Of a DNA stretch of 64,000 nt, positions 46,508 through 55,460 are shown piece after piece. Origin of the DNA: Verrucomicrobiia bacterium (GTDB lineage: Bacteria > Verrucomicrobiota > Verrucomicrobiia > Limisphaerales > UBA8199); assembly GCA_036524155.1 (NCBI GenBank), contig DATDCV010000404.1, positions 874 to 64,873 of the forward strand. Reading direction: 5' to 3'. A model generated the notes under the pieces. It ran no database searches. It was not told the origin of the DNA and saw nothing but the letters and a program-made list of their open reading frames with translations. A program made the translations under genes and the position numbers. The first letter of the stretch is position 1. Each line of letters begins with the position of its first letter.

Positions 46508-47785
46508 GTGCCGAATGAGCAAAAGTCCTCACTGCCGACTGGATTCGGCGGCCGATTAGTGCGCCGCGTCGTCGCCGCGGACGCCGATCCACGCAATCCA
46601 GAGATCCGCGCCCGATTGGGCGAACTTGAGGGCTATGTTAGCCTGGTCATCAGCATCCTGCTCTCGACTGCCAAGTGCGTCACCGGCTTTCTCTCTGGCA
46701 GCATTTCGTTGCTGGCCGACGCCGTCAACAATCTGGCTGACATCGGCAGCAGCCTCATCATCGCGCTTGGCTTTCGGTGGTCGCGCTCTCCCCGTGACCG
46801 GGCGCATCCCTTTGGCCATGGCCGCGTCGAGCAGGTCGCCACGCTGTTGCTGGCGATTTCCCTCCTGGCCGTGGCGTGGAAGGTAGCGTCCGCCGGCATC
46901 GGACGGTTGATGGACCCAAAGCCCTTCACGGCGTCACCCTGGATCCTCGCCATCGTTTTCGGCACGCTTGCCATCAAAATTTGGCTCGCCGGTTTCGCCC
47001 GGTCTCTGGCCCTCGCCACCCGGTCCCACACCCTGCAGGCCGACGCGTGGAACCATACCTATGACATCGTCTGCACCAGCCTCGTGGTGGCGGCTCTCGT
47101 AAGCGAACGCATGGGATGGGACGCGGTGGACGGCTGGGCCGGCCTCGCGGTGTCGCTGTTCATCGCCTACACAGGTATCGCCTTCGGCTGGCGGGCCATC
47201 AATACACTTATCGGCGAGGCACCCGGCATCGATAAGCTGCGCCACATTCGCGACTTGGCAGTGTCTGTTCCCGGGGTGTTCAGCGTCCACGAGATCATTC
47301 TGCATTCCTACGGCGACACCTCCATGATTTCCCTCCATGCCGAAGTGGACGCTCGCCTGTCGGCCCTCGAGGTTCACGACCTGGCCGAACGCGTGGAGAA
47401 GACGATCGCCGATGAGTGGAATGCCAAGGTCATCGTGCATGCCGATCCCGTGGACCACGCTCATCCCGCTTACGCCGCGGCAGCGGCTGCGATTACCGAG
47501 TGGGTCCACGGACACCCGGAGATCATCGGTTTCCACGACCTGCGATTATCCGGTGGCCCCGAGTCGCTGGAGTGTGCCATTGACTTGGTCGTTCGGCAGG
47601 AACGGCCGTTCGCTGACTTCGACACCCTGCTTTTGCAGGAAGCCCGCCAAATGGGCCGCCGCCTTCCTGAGATCAAGCGTTTTGTTCTCGGCATCGAACC
47701 CGAGTTCGCCAGCGACCGCGAGCATCGGCGCATCTTTCACCGCCAGGGGGAGGACCTTGTGCTGAGCCCTAAGGTCCCTGTCTAA
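46508..47785 (+). CDS. cation diffusion facilitator (CDF) family transporter with an extended C-terminal cytoplasmic domain
   Basis: The protein aligns by eye with E. coli FieF/YiiP ([20 protein letters not shown] versus [40 protein letters not shown] versus VRADMLHYQSDVM). It uses a GTG start. Confidence 0.82.
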   Translation: [425 protein letters not shown]

Positions 47786-47925
47786 ACCTGCCGCTCCTTC
47801 TCCGCCACCGCCCCCAACAGCCACCGACCAACCTGGTCGTGCTGACGTTTCACTACGGCCGAAAGTACGCAACGACTCGCGCCTTCAATATAGCGGAGCT
47901 TTCCATCCGCCCCTCGGATTAAGAT

Positions 47926-49473
47926 TCAGTTCTTCTGATACGCCTCCGCCTCGTCCGCTGTGGCTGGCGCGGGCCAAACCATGTCCTTGCGTTCCCAAAT
48001 CATGCGCAGGTTGGTTTTGCCCGGCGGCAGACTCGCATCGCCGCCGTCATCCTTCCCGTCCTCACCCACGGAATACAATAGAAAGCCGCCCTCCGGCTGC
48101 CGCCGATATCTGAGGGACCCACCATCCATGTAATCGACCGGCACGGAAGGTAGAAATTCCGGCACCAGCGCGCTTAGCGACTGCGGCGCTTCGCCATGGC
48201 GAACCTGATACCGCTTTAACGCGATGGCCGTAAGCACCAGCGATCGCTCCGTCTCAGCTCGCATTGCTCGCACGAAGACCCGGGACAGCGTGGCGACCGA
48301 CATCACACTGGGATAACGCAGTCGGTCGTATGATCCTCGGCTCTCGAACTTGAGGATCAGGTCGTCGACCGCCGGCGCCAGTTTTCGCAGCGACTGTTCG
48401 CGGCCCGCTTGCCGCCCCAACGCTATCAGTTGCTCCAGGTATTGCAGGTACCGCAACTGGTCCTGGTCCAGCCAGGCCAACCGCCAAAGCGGGCAGTACA
48501 CCTTCTTTTTCAGAAAATCTGCTGTCGCTTCCCCACCCGGCAAATCCCGCAACCACCGTTCCCAACTCGGGCGGTCCTCCGCGCCCAGGAATGCCTCCAT
48601 GCCGTAAAGAACGCCTTCTGTCTCCTCGTTGGATTTGCGCATGAGATCGTAAGAACACTGCGCGAACACGCGCTCCCCCTCCAATGCACGCACTATGTTC
48701 GTAAGGAACCCCTGCCTTTCCCACGCCTGCTGGATGCGGGCCAGATCGTCATCCGTCCACCGGTCGGCCTGGAGAGCTTCCCAGGTGTCGACCGTGGCGA
48801 CCCCCCCAACGGCGTCGCGAACCAGTTCGCTGATCACGATCCCATCTCGTGCCAGAAACCGGGGCAGGTCGATCTCGCTGAGCAGGTCTTCGACGACCTC
48901 GCGGGGTCTTCCCTCATGGAGCCCCAGTTGGACACTCGAGCCGAACCAATGAGCTAGCGTCTTGGGAACCAGCAGGTGCGGAAAACGGGCTCTGGGACCG
49001 AGTGAAGGATCGAATTCACAGTCGAGCACCGGCTTTGCCATCGCGCCGGCAATTCTCTTCAGAGTGGCTCGGTTCGCCTCGAGATCTTCCGCCAACTGCT
49101 CCCAATGGTTAGTGACCTTGTTTTCGACCCATTCCACTTGTTGGAAGCAGATGACTCCGTGCCCGGCCGGCGTCAGAACCATTCGCGGCGGATGGGTGTT
49201 GGGAAGAATCACACCAGCATTCAGCTCTGTTGCCGCCACCAGGACCTCCGGCGCCCCGTTCTCCCCCGACGCAGGCAGTAACCTGAACTCGCGCGCACTC
49301 AGTTTTTCGCCGCGGGCGCTGAGCGCGCGCTTGTACCGCGCAAGTGAAACGCTTCCGCGCGCGTGCTCGACAATGAAAAACCCCATTACCACCACCGCCA
49401 GCGAGAAAGCCCCCAACAGCGTTTTGTGCCGCTGCGCCCAGGCGCCTATTTCGCGAAGCCACTGGTGATCCAT
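47926..49473 (-). CDS. membrane-anchored hypothetical protein with a GspG-like (pseudopilin globular domain) C-terminus
   Basis: 515-aa ORF with an N-terminal TM segment (LLGAFSLAVVVMGFFIV). The C-terminus LKRYQVRHGEAPQSLSALVPEFLPSVPVDYMDGGSLRYRR..GGFLLYSVGEDGKDDGGD resembles T2SS GspG C-terminal regions. Confidence 0.68.
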   Translation of the reverse strand: MDHQWLREIGAWAQRHKTLLGAFSLAVVVMGFFIVEHARGSVSLARYKRALSARGEKLSAREFRLLPASGENGAPEVLVAATELNAGVILPNTHPPRMVLTPAGHGVICFQQVEWVENKVTNHWEQLAEDLEANRATLKRIAGAMAKPVLDCEFDPSLGPRARFPHLLVPKTLAHWFGSSVQLGLHEGRPREVVEDLLSEIDLPRFLARDGIVISELVRDAVGGVATVDTWEALQADRWTDDDLARIQQAWERQGFLTNIVRALEGERVFAQCSYDLMRKSNEETEGVLYGMEAFLGAEDRPSWERWLRDLPGGEATADFLKKKVYCPLWRLAWLDQDQLRYLQYLEQLIALGRQAGREQSLRKLAPAVDDLILKFESRGSYDRLRYPSVMSVATLSRVFVRAMRAETERSLVLTAIALKRYQVRHGEAPQSLSALVPEFLPSVPVDYMDGGSLRYRRQPEGGFLLYSVGEDGKDDGGDASLPPGKTNLRMIWERKDMVWPAPATADEAEAYQKN

Positions 49474-49595
49474 TTTGGCAAAAACCTATCTTTCCGCCGG
49501 CGCGGTTCGCCGCAGCCGGCAACTGCTCCGCTTTTCATTATTCACGCACCAGTGCCAAACCGCGAGCTGCAAAGGAGATACTCAGTGGTAATGGA

Positions 49596-50165
49596 TCAGC
49601 GCGGCGCGGCTGGCCGCGGACGAGCAGCAGTATTTGTGGTGGACACCGGACGGGGTCTTGGCGATGACCCTCCATCCAAGGCATCTGAGACGTCCATGGC
49701 TTCGTTGACTTCACCCATCGGTCCGGGGCGCCCTCCTTTGCTCTGGGAAGCTGCAGCCCCTGCGGGAGGACTCGCGCCCGGCTCTTTCTCCAAGGCACCC
49801 GTTAGCAGGGGAAGCCCATAGAAATAACCGGCACCACCGAGAGCGGCAACCACCACGAGCAGGAGTCCATATTTCAGGAGGCCGCTATCACTTCGAGGTG
49901 GAGGTGGCCGGTACAGGTTGATTGGAGCCGGAGCGTGTGCTGTGGACCGCGGGGTCTGGGCGGCGCCTGTGGGGAGCTTCGGCCCGGTGGCTTTTGGAGC
50001 GTTGCCGGCCGGGACCGCAGGGACTGGAGCGGCCGATGGAGCTCTTACCCTCGGCACCATGATGAAGCTGTGGCAGGTCGGACATTCGAGCTGATGGCCG
50101 GCCCAGGATTCACCACAGGAGAAGTGCTGCCCGCATTCCGAGCAAGAGAATTTCATGTCGGCCAT
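49596..50165 (-). CDS. zinc-ribbon membrane protein, function unknown
   Basis: The N-terminus is FSCSECGQHFSCGESWAGHQLECPTCHSFIMVP (CxxC...CxxC), followed by a Pro-rich linker, one TM segment (LLLVVVAALGGAGYFYGLPLL) and a low-complexity tail. Confidence 0.68.
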   Translation of the reverse strand: MADMKFSCSECGQHFSCGESWAGHQLECPTCHSFIMVPRVRAPSAAPVPAVPAGNAPKATGPKLPTGAAQTPRSTAHAPAPINLYRPPPPRSDSGLLKYGLLLVVVAALGGAGYFYGLPLLTGALEKEPGASPPAGAAASQSKGGRPGPMGEVNEAMDVSDALDGGSSPRPRPVSTTNTAARPRPAAPR

Positions 50166-50387
50166 AGAGACCTGCCTTTCCGGGAGCGCGCAAACGATGG
50201 CGCCACATTCGTTGATCGGGGAGCGGGCACGGGCCCATTTACATCACCGTCAGAGCCATGCGTCAAGCTCTTGTAACCGGGTAGCCCGGGACGAATTTGA
50301 ATCGATTCCCGTAGCCTGGGGAGAGAATTCGCTGGACTGAGACTTCACGCTTCGAACTCTTGAACCGGCCGAATTCTTCTCCCTCTC

Positions 50388-50413
50388 CCCCGCCAATCCG
50401 CGGATTGGCGGGG
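50388..50413. repeat. 26-bp perfect palindrome (family F REP-like element)
   Basis: The palindrome is ccccgccaatccg|cggattggcgggg. It is flanked by imperfectly complementary tctccctct / ggggagaggag. Confidence 0.6.
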
Positions 50414-50611
50414 AAGGTCGGGGAGAGGAGGCCCTTTCTCTTTTCTGTGCTGCGGTTCACGGGGTGAACGGGCTGGGTGTGAAAGAAAACTGGATAAAAC
50501 GGGAGCGTGTGTTCGAACCCCACGCCGGGCGGCACCGGCGATACCGCGGACGACACGCCCGCTACCGCGAGTTCCCAAACGCTGCGCTGCCTTTGATGAC
50601 GCACTGCTAAG

Positions 50612-50832
50612 TATCGCCTCAGTCTTGGGTCGGAGCGCCGATTTCTAATCGGCTTAAGCGAGCCGACGGCCGATGGTAAGCCGAGTGCAACTCGGCGCTC
50701 CGACCCAAGACTGAGAAGGTGTGAAAAAATTGGCGAAGCGGGAGTAAATGTTCAACACCCACGTTGAGAGCCAACTACTTGCGATTGCCAATTTCGGCTC
50801 TTTTCAATTTTTTCACACCTTCTGAGGGGGTA
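50612..50832. mobile_element. MITE-like element family A, copy 3, interrupted by a nested 106-bp element
   Basis: The sequence matches copy 2 up to ..cgacccaagactgag, then carries a 106-bp insert, then ctgagggggta. The flanks are cactgctaag / cattgctaag (9 of 10). The element ends 5 nt from the stop codon of the SGNH gene. Confidence 0.65.
50716..50821. mobile_element. nested MITE-like element (family B) with 17-bp perfect terminal inverted repeats
   Basis: The termini are aaggtgtgaaaaaattg (50716-50732) and caattttttcacacctt (50805-50821). The element is bracketed by the direct repeat ctgag (50711-50715 and 50822-50826). Confidence 0.6.
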
Positions 50833-50837
50833 CATTG

Positions 50838-52199
50838 CTAAGGCATTTCCTTTACACGGATTCGGCGATATTCCATTTGGCCGCGGTCGCCTTCGAGGCC
50901 GATCGGGCCGGTCGGCGGGACTTTGAACGCCGCTTCGAGAAATTCGCCGTTGCAGGTGCAGAGAGCTTCACTGCCTTTGACCGTGACGACAACTTCGTTC
51001 CAATCTTGCGGCCGGTATTGCTTTAGCTGTTTGTAGGGACCCGCGATTAGATAATCGCGGCATTGCAGTTGGTTCCCCCGAATGAAGATGCCGCTGTCGG
51101 CATTAGGCGTCGCCCGGAATTCAAGTTTCAGTATAAAGTCCTTGGGGAATTCGCGCGTCGTCCAAAGCGCCTGAATCTTTCGTCCTTCGGGCGGCGTAGT
51201 TACGATCAACCGGCCGTTCCTGGCCGCATAACGTCCATCTGCGCTCACAGCTTTGCCGTCGAAATTGACCGCTTTAGTCACGATCGGCCACTCCGCCGCG
51301 TTTGGATCGTTTTTGCGCCAATTCCTGGCCGCCTCGATATCGGCCTGCGTAGTCGGCCGGTAGCCCCACCCGGTCAAATCCCGTCCGTTGAATAGAGGCT
51401 CAAAGCCCGGCTCCGGCGTAAAGGTGTCGGGCTCAGTCTCAAGAAAGCCAAGGGTCGCAAAAATGGGGCGGAGCGCGGCGGCCCATTTGGCGTAGGCGAT
51501 TTTGTTAGGGTGGAGCAGGTCGGGAAACTCCTCCGGTTTGGCGTCGCCCTGGGCGTTGGCGAAGAGCGGCCAGGTCTCGACCAGCGTGACCTGCGCATCC
51601 CCTTTGACGGCCGTCGCGTATAGCTGATTGATCTTTTTGATCTTATCCGCCGGCCGCTTTTTGGTTTCGGAACTGGGAAAGACCTGACAAAGCACAATCG
51701 GCATCCTGGGATTGTGCTCTTTGAGTTTGGCGAGGATGAGTTTCAGATTGGCGACGGCGGTTTCAGGTTCAGCGTTCTCTTCGAGATCATTTGTGCCTAT
51801 GAGGATGATGGCAGCGATGGGGTTCAGCGCCAGAACGTCGCGCTCCAGGCGGATTAGCACGCCGCGAGTGGTGTCGCCGCTGATGCCGCGATTGGCCAGT
51901 TTCACGCCGGGGAAACTGCCGCCGAAATCGTCGCCCCAGCCCTGGGTGATGGAATCGCCAACGAAGACCACGGCATTCTGGTCCTGGCTAACGCGTTGGG
52001 CCCAGGCGCTCCGCCGCTCGAGCCATAGCTTCTGGAACCAATCATAGCGCCGGATCGGGCCTGTGCCGGGAAGACCGTCGTCCGTCGCCGGGATCCGCAA
52101 CGGCGATTCCGGAAGTGGCACTGAAGGGGCCTGCGCCTGCGAGGCAAGAGCACCCAGCAGCGGAACCAGCAGAGACCCTATACGGGCGGTCGATTTCAT
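50838..52199 (-). CDS. secreted SGNH/GDSL hydrolase fused to a DUF1080 (3-keto-disaccharide-hydrolase-like) domain
   Basis: The start is chosen at MKSTARIGSLLVPLLGALASQAQA (the track start is 52283). SGNH block I is VVFVGDSITQGWG, followed by LIGTNDL. The DUF1080 pattern is FEPLFNGRDLTGWGY...NGRLIVT...DFILKLEFRATPNADSGIFIRG. Confidence 0.83.
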   Translation of the reverse strand: MKSTARIGSLLVPLLGALASQAQAPSVPLPESPLRIPATDDGLPGTGPIRRYDWFQKLWLERRSAWAQRVSQDQNAVVFVGDSITQGWGDDFGGSFPGVKLANRGISGDTTRGVLIRLERDVLALNPIAAIILIGTNDLEENAEPETAVANLKLILAKLKEHNPRMPIVLCQVFPSSETKKRPADKIKKINQLYATAVKGDAQVTLVETWPLFANAQGDAKPEEFPDLLHPNKIAYAKWAAALRPIFATLGFLETEPDTFTPEPGFEPLFNGRDLTGWGYRPTTQADIEAARNWRKNDPNAAEWPIVTKAVNFDGKAVSADGRYAARNGRLIVTTPPEGRKIQALWTTREFPKDFILKLEFRATPNADSGIFIRGNQLQCRDYLIAGPYKQLKQYRPQDWNEVVVTVKGSEALCTCNGEFLEAAFKVPPTGPIGLEGDRGQMEYRRIRVKEMP

Positions 52200-52355
52200 A
52201 ATTTCTATTGCGGCGAGAATGAACCGCTCCGGCCCCCAAGGCAACCACTGACGGCGGTGAGCGTCTTGCCTGTGTCTGATCAATTCTTTCCCGACGTTGC
52301 AGAAAGGCAGAGACAGGCAGGATGCCGGCCCTACGAGACGAGGCGCGGCTGGTTG

Positions 52356-53477
52356 TCAGTTCAGCAGGCGGTACCAGTTGTCGCGCTGGCGCGGCTCGTA
52401 GCCGAGATCGGAGATTAACCGGCGCATGTCAGCCACCGACATCCGGAACGTTGTGCCCGCCTGCGAGACCACATTCTCTTCGAGCATGATGCTGCCCAGG
52501 TCGTTGGCGCCGAACTTGAGCGCCACCTGGCCGATTTCCTGCCCCTGGGTAACCCATGAGCTTTGCACGCTGGGAAAATTATCGAGGTAGATCCGCGCCA
52601 GGGCCTGGGTGCGCAAATACTCGTGGGCGCCAACGGTTGGGGCGCGCAGCTTCGTGTGCTCCGCCTGAAACGTCCAGCAAATGAACGCGGTGAACCCTTT
52701 GCTCTTGTCCTGCTGCGCGCGCACACGTTCGAGATGCTCGACGCGGTCGGCCGCAGTTTCGACGTGGCCGAACATCATCGTCGCCGAAGAGTTGAGGCCG
52801 AGCCGGTGGGCCACATCCATCACCTCCAGCCAGTCATCCGACATCGCTTTTAGTGGCGAGACACGCTGGCGCACCCGGTCCACCAGAATTTCGCCGCCGC
52901 CGCCGGGGATCGAGCCCAGCCCCGCCGCTTTGAAGTCAGAGATAATCTTCTCCAACGATTCGCCGAAAACTTCCCGGAAGTGCACAAACTCGCTCGGGCT
53001 AAAGCCATGAATGTTCACCTGCGGGAACCGTTTCTTGATGTGCGCCAACATGTCGAGATACCATTGCTTGGTCAGCTTCGGATGATGGCCGCCTTGCAGC
53101 AGGATCTGCGTACCCCCCACGGCGACCGTTTCCTCGATCTTGCGGTCCATTTCCTCGAACGAAATCACATAGGCATCGGCGTCTTTCTCCGTGCGATAGA
53201 AAGCGCAGAACTTACAGTAAACGTTGCAGACGTTGGTGTAATTGATGTTCCGGTCGACGATGTAAGTGACGATTTGGTTGCCGCGCCCGTCGTAGGCGGA
53301 AGCCCGAGCGAGTTGGCGCCGTCGGTCCGCCAGGGCACCGAGTTCCTCGAACGGCAACTGGTACAGCCGCAACGCCTCGGCCTGACCAATACGCTTGCCG
53401 TCCCACACTTTCTGCAGCAAATCATCCAACGCCGCGTCGTAAATCACAGCCGGAACGTAGTGGATGTTCCGCGGCAA
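52356..53477 (-). CDS. mqnC: radical-SAM menaquinone (futalosine pathway) enzyme, MqnC-like cyclic dehypoxanthinyl futalosine synthase (MqnE not excluded)
   Basis: The motifs are TYIVDRNINYTNVCNVYCKFCAFYR (CxxxCxxC cluster), ILLQGGHHP and IHGFSPSEF. The size is 373 aa and the start is TTG. Confidence 0.78.
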   Translation of the reverse strand: MPRNIHYVPAVIYDAALDDLLQKVWDGKRIGQAEALRLYQLPFEELGALADRRRQLARASAYDGRGNQIVTYIVDRNINYTNVCNVYCKFCAFYRTEKDADAYVISFEEMDRKIEETVAVGGTQILLQGGHHPKLTKQWYLDMLAHIKKRFPQVNIHGFSPSEFVHFREVFGESLEKIISDFKAAGLGSIPGGGGEILVDRVRQRVSPLKAMSDDWLEVMDVAHRLGLNSSATMMFGHVETAADRVEHLERVRAQQDKSKGFTAFICWTFQAEHTKLRAPTVGAHEYLRTQALARIYLDNFPSVQSSWVTQGQEIGQVALKFGANDLGSIMLEENVVSQAGTTFRMSVADMRRLISDLGYEPRQRDNWYRLLN

Positions 53478-53502
53478 AACAAGGGGGGCGGTGAGGCGTG
53501 GG

Positions 53503-53558
53503 AGCGTTGAAGCGTTGAAGCGTTAAAGCGTTAAAACGTTAAAACGTTGAAGCGTTGA
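53503..53558. repeat. tandem array of seven 8-nt units (agcgttga type), left arm
   Basis: The in-phase units are agcgttga, agcgttga, agcgttaa, agcgttaa, aacgttaa, aacgttga, agcgttga. Confidence 0.8.
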
Positions 53559-53715
53559 TGTGCTGAGCCGTTGAAGTGGTGATGCGTGGGCGTGCTCGGA
53601 AACTGACCTGCGTGACGCGGCCTGGCTGGTGTGGCGCCACCTGTCCATGGATTGAAATCCATGGCTACCGTCGCGGCATCGCTACGCGATGCGGCTCGGC
53701 GGCCGCCCTAAAGTC

Positions 53716-53803
53716 TCAACGCTCCGTCGTTTTAACGTTTTAACGTTTTAACGCTTCAACGGTTGAACGCTTCGACGCTTCAACGCTTCAACGCTTCAAC
53801 GCT
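53716..53803. repeat. tandem array of about eleven 8-nt units (tcaacgct type), right arm, inverted relative to the left arm
   Basis: The in-phase units are tcaacgct, (ccgtcgtt), ttaacgtt x2, ttaacgct, tcaacggt, tgaacgct, tcgacgct, tcaacgct x3. The array overlaps the last codons and the stop of the dehydrogenase gene. Confidence 0.8.
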
Positions 53804-55460
53804 TCACCGCCTTCCCACCCCGTCGCCCGGCCTCAACGCTGTCTTTGATGCGTTTGATGTGGCCGCGGCCCATGCCCTTGACCTCGCAGCCCAATTCCAG
53901 GTAGCGGCGGATTTGGTCGTCATTCAAGACGCAGAAGCAGTCGACGATCGCAAACGGATGCCCCACGCTCCGGAATACCTTGTCCGGGTCGAGCGTCAGG
54001 TATTCCTTATGGCGCACCGCCAGCACGATGGCGTCGGCGCCCTTCATCGCCGCCCATAGATCTTTCTGAATGCGGAGGTTCTTCAGCGATTCCTGCCGAT
54101 GGAAGAAACGCGACCAGCTATAATCCGGCCGCGGATAGCTGTCCTGGGCTTCCAGCTCCCACCAGTGATCGACGTAGGAATCGTGGACGGTGACGTCGGC
54201 GCCCATCTCGGTCAGTTTGCGGACGATCATTTCCGACCCGCTGTACCGGGTGTCGCCGACGTCCTCCCGGTAAGCGGCTCCCAGCAGCAGTACTTGCGCG
54301 GCGGCGATTGGCTTGCTCATGTTGCGCAGGGCGTCGCGCACCAGTTGCGGCGCGTGCAGCGACCGTGTGTCGTTCACGTCGATCGCCACGGGCGTGATTT
54401 TGAAGATATCGTCTTCAAACCCGAAAATGTGGCGGTAGGCCCAGAGACCCAGCCCGCCGTCTTTGGGGAGGCAATAGCCACCAATGCCCGGGCCCGGGAA
54501 GATGATGTTGGAATGGGTCGGCCGGACTTTGATCGCCTCGATGACCTTCTTGAGGTCCACCCCGTTGCGTTCGGCAAACAGCGACCACTCATCCAGAAAG
54601 GCCAGGATCGTCGCGCGGTAACTGTTTTCCACAATCTTCGCCGTTTCGGATTCGATCGGGCGGTCCAGCACCGTGAGCGGAAACTTCTCGGTGTGGAGCA
54701 CGTCTTTCAGGAACCGCGTAACGCGATCGCGCGAGGTGGGGTTCACCCCGCTGCACACGCGCCAGAAATCGCGGATGGACGCGACGTAATTTTTGCCCGG
54801 CATCACCCGCTCGTAGCTGTGCGCCAGCAGCGGCTCGGACCGAATCCCGCGCTTGCGGAACACTTTCTTCATGATCGGGTAAGCGACCTGTTCGGTCGTC
54901 CCGGGGGCGACGGTCGTTTCGATCAGTACCAGTGCCGACGGCGGGATGTTCTCGGCAATCGTCGCGATCGAGGCTTCCAGCGCCGCCATCTCGGCTGACC
55001 CGGTGCGTACGTTGCCCAGCGATTCCTTCAGGTAATCGCACTGCACATCCACCACCACCACGTCGGCCAGCTTCAGCGCTTCCTCCGTATAAGTGGCGAC
55101 GAAGGTCTTCTTCTCGTTCACGCAACGCGCGATGAGTTCATCCACTTCCGGGTCCTCGGCCTTCACCGGAGAAATCCCGCGGTTCAGCAAGCAGATTTTC
55201 CAGTAGCTGCGCGTGCTCGGCCGCTGCATACCGATCACGAATTTCGTCGGTCGACCTTTCTTGTCGGTCGCATCCGCGACGACGGCTGCCATGACCGCCC
55301 CGACGAAGCCGAGCCCCACCACCACCACCACCTGGCGGCCCGCCTTGCGCTGCGCGGCGGCGAGGTCCTGCAAACGGGCGAATTCGGCCACATATTCTTC
55401 TCGGGTCGGCAGCGGGAATTGCTCGCCGGACGGGCTGATGGACACGGGAGGTTGTTGCAT
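53796..55460 (-). CDS. nucleotide-sugar dehydrogenase (UDP-glucose/GDP-mannose dehydrogenase family), unusually long
   Basis: The Rossmann motif is VVVVGLGFVGAVMA, the catalytic-Cys motif is GIGGYCLPKD, and the C-terminal domain carries LLLGAAYREDVGDTRYS. At 554 aa it has extra N-terminal and C-terminal-domain insertions compared with the usual 390-450 aa. Confidence 0.83.
   Translation of the reverse strand: MQQPPVSISPSGEQFPLPTREEYVAEFARLQDLAAAQRKAGRQVVVVVGLGFVGAVMAAVVADATDKKGRPTKFVIGMQRPSTRSYWKICLLNRGISPVKAEDPEVDELIARCVNEKKTFVATYTEEALKLADVVVVDVQCDYLKESLGNVRTGSAEMAALEASIATIAENIPPSALVLIETTVAPGTTEQVAYPIMKKVFRKRGIRSEPLLAHSYERVMPGKNYVASIRDFWRVCSGVNPTSRDRVTRFLKDVLHTEKFPLTVLDRPIESETAKIVENSYRATILAFLDEWSLFAERNGVDLKKVIEAIKVRPTHSNIIFPGPGIGGYCLPKDGGLGLWAYRHIFGFEDDIFKITPVAIDVNDTRSLHAPQLVRDALRNMSKPIAAAQVLLLGAAYREDVGDTRYSGSEMIVRKLTEMGADVTVHDSYVDHWWELEAQDSYPRPDYSWSRFFHRQESLKNLRIQKDLWAAMKGADAIVLAVRHKEYLTLDPDKVFRSVGHPFAIVDCFCVLNDDQIRRYLELGCEVKGMGRGHIKRIKDSVEAGRRGGKAVKR

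Noticed and set aside
53503-53811. Possible CRISPR array suggested by the regular short repeats
   Set aside because: The units are only 8 nt, directly abutting with no spacers, and they occur as two inverted arrays. No cas genes are nearby. This does not fit CRISPR architecture.
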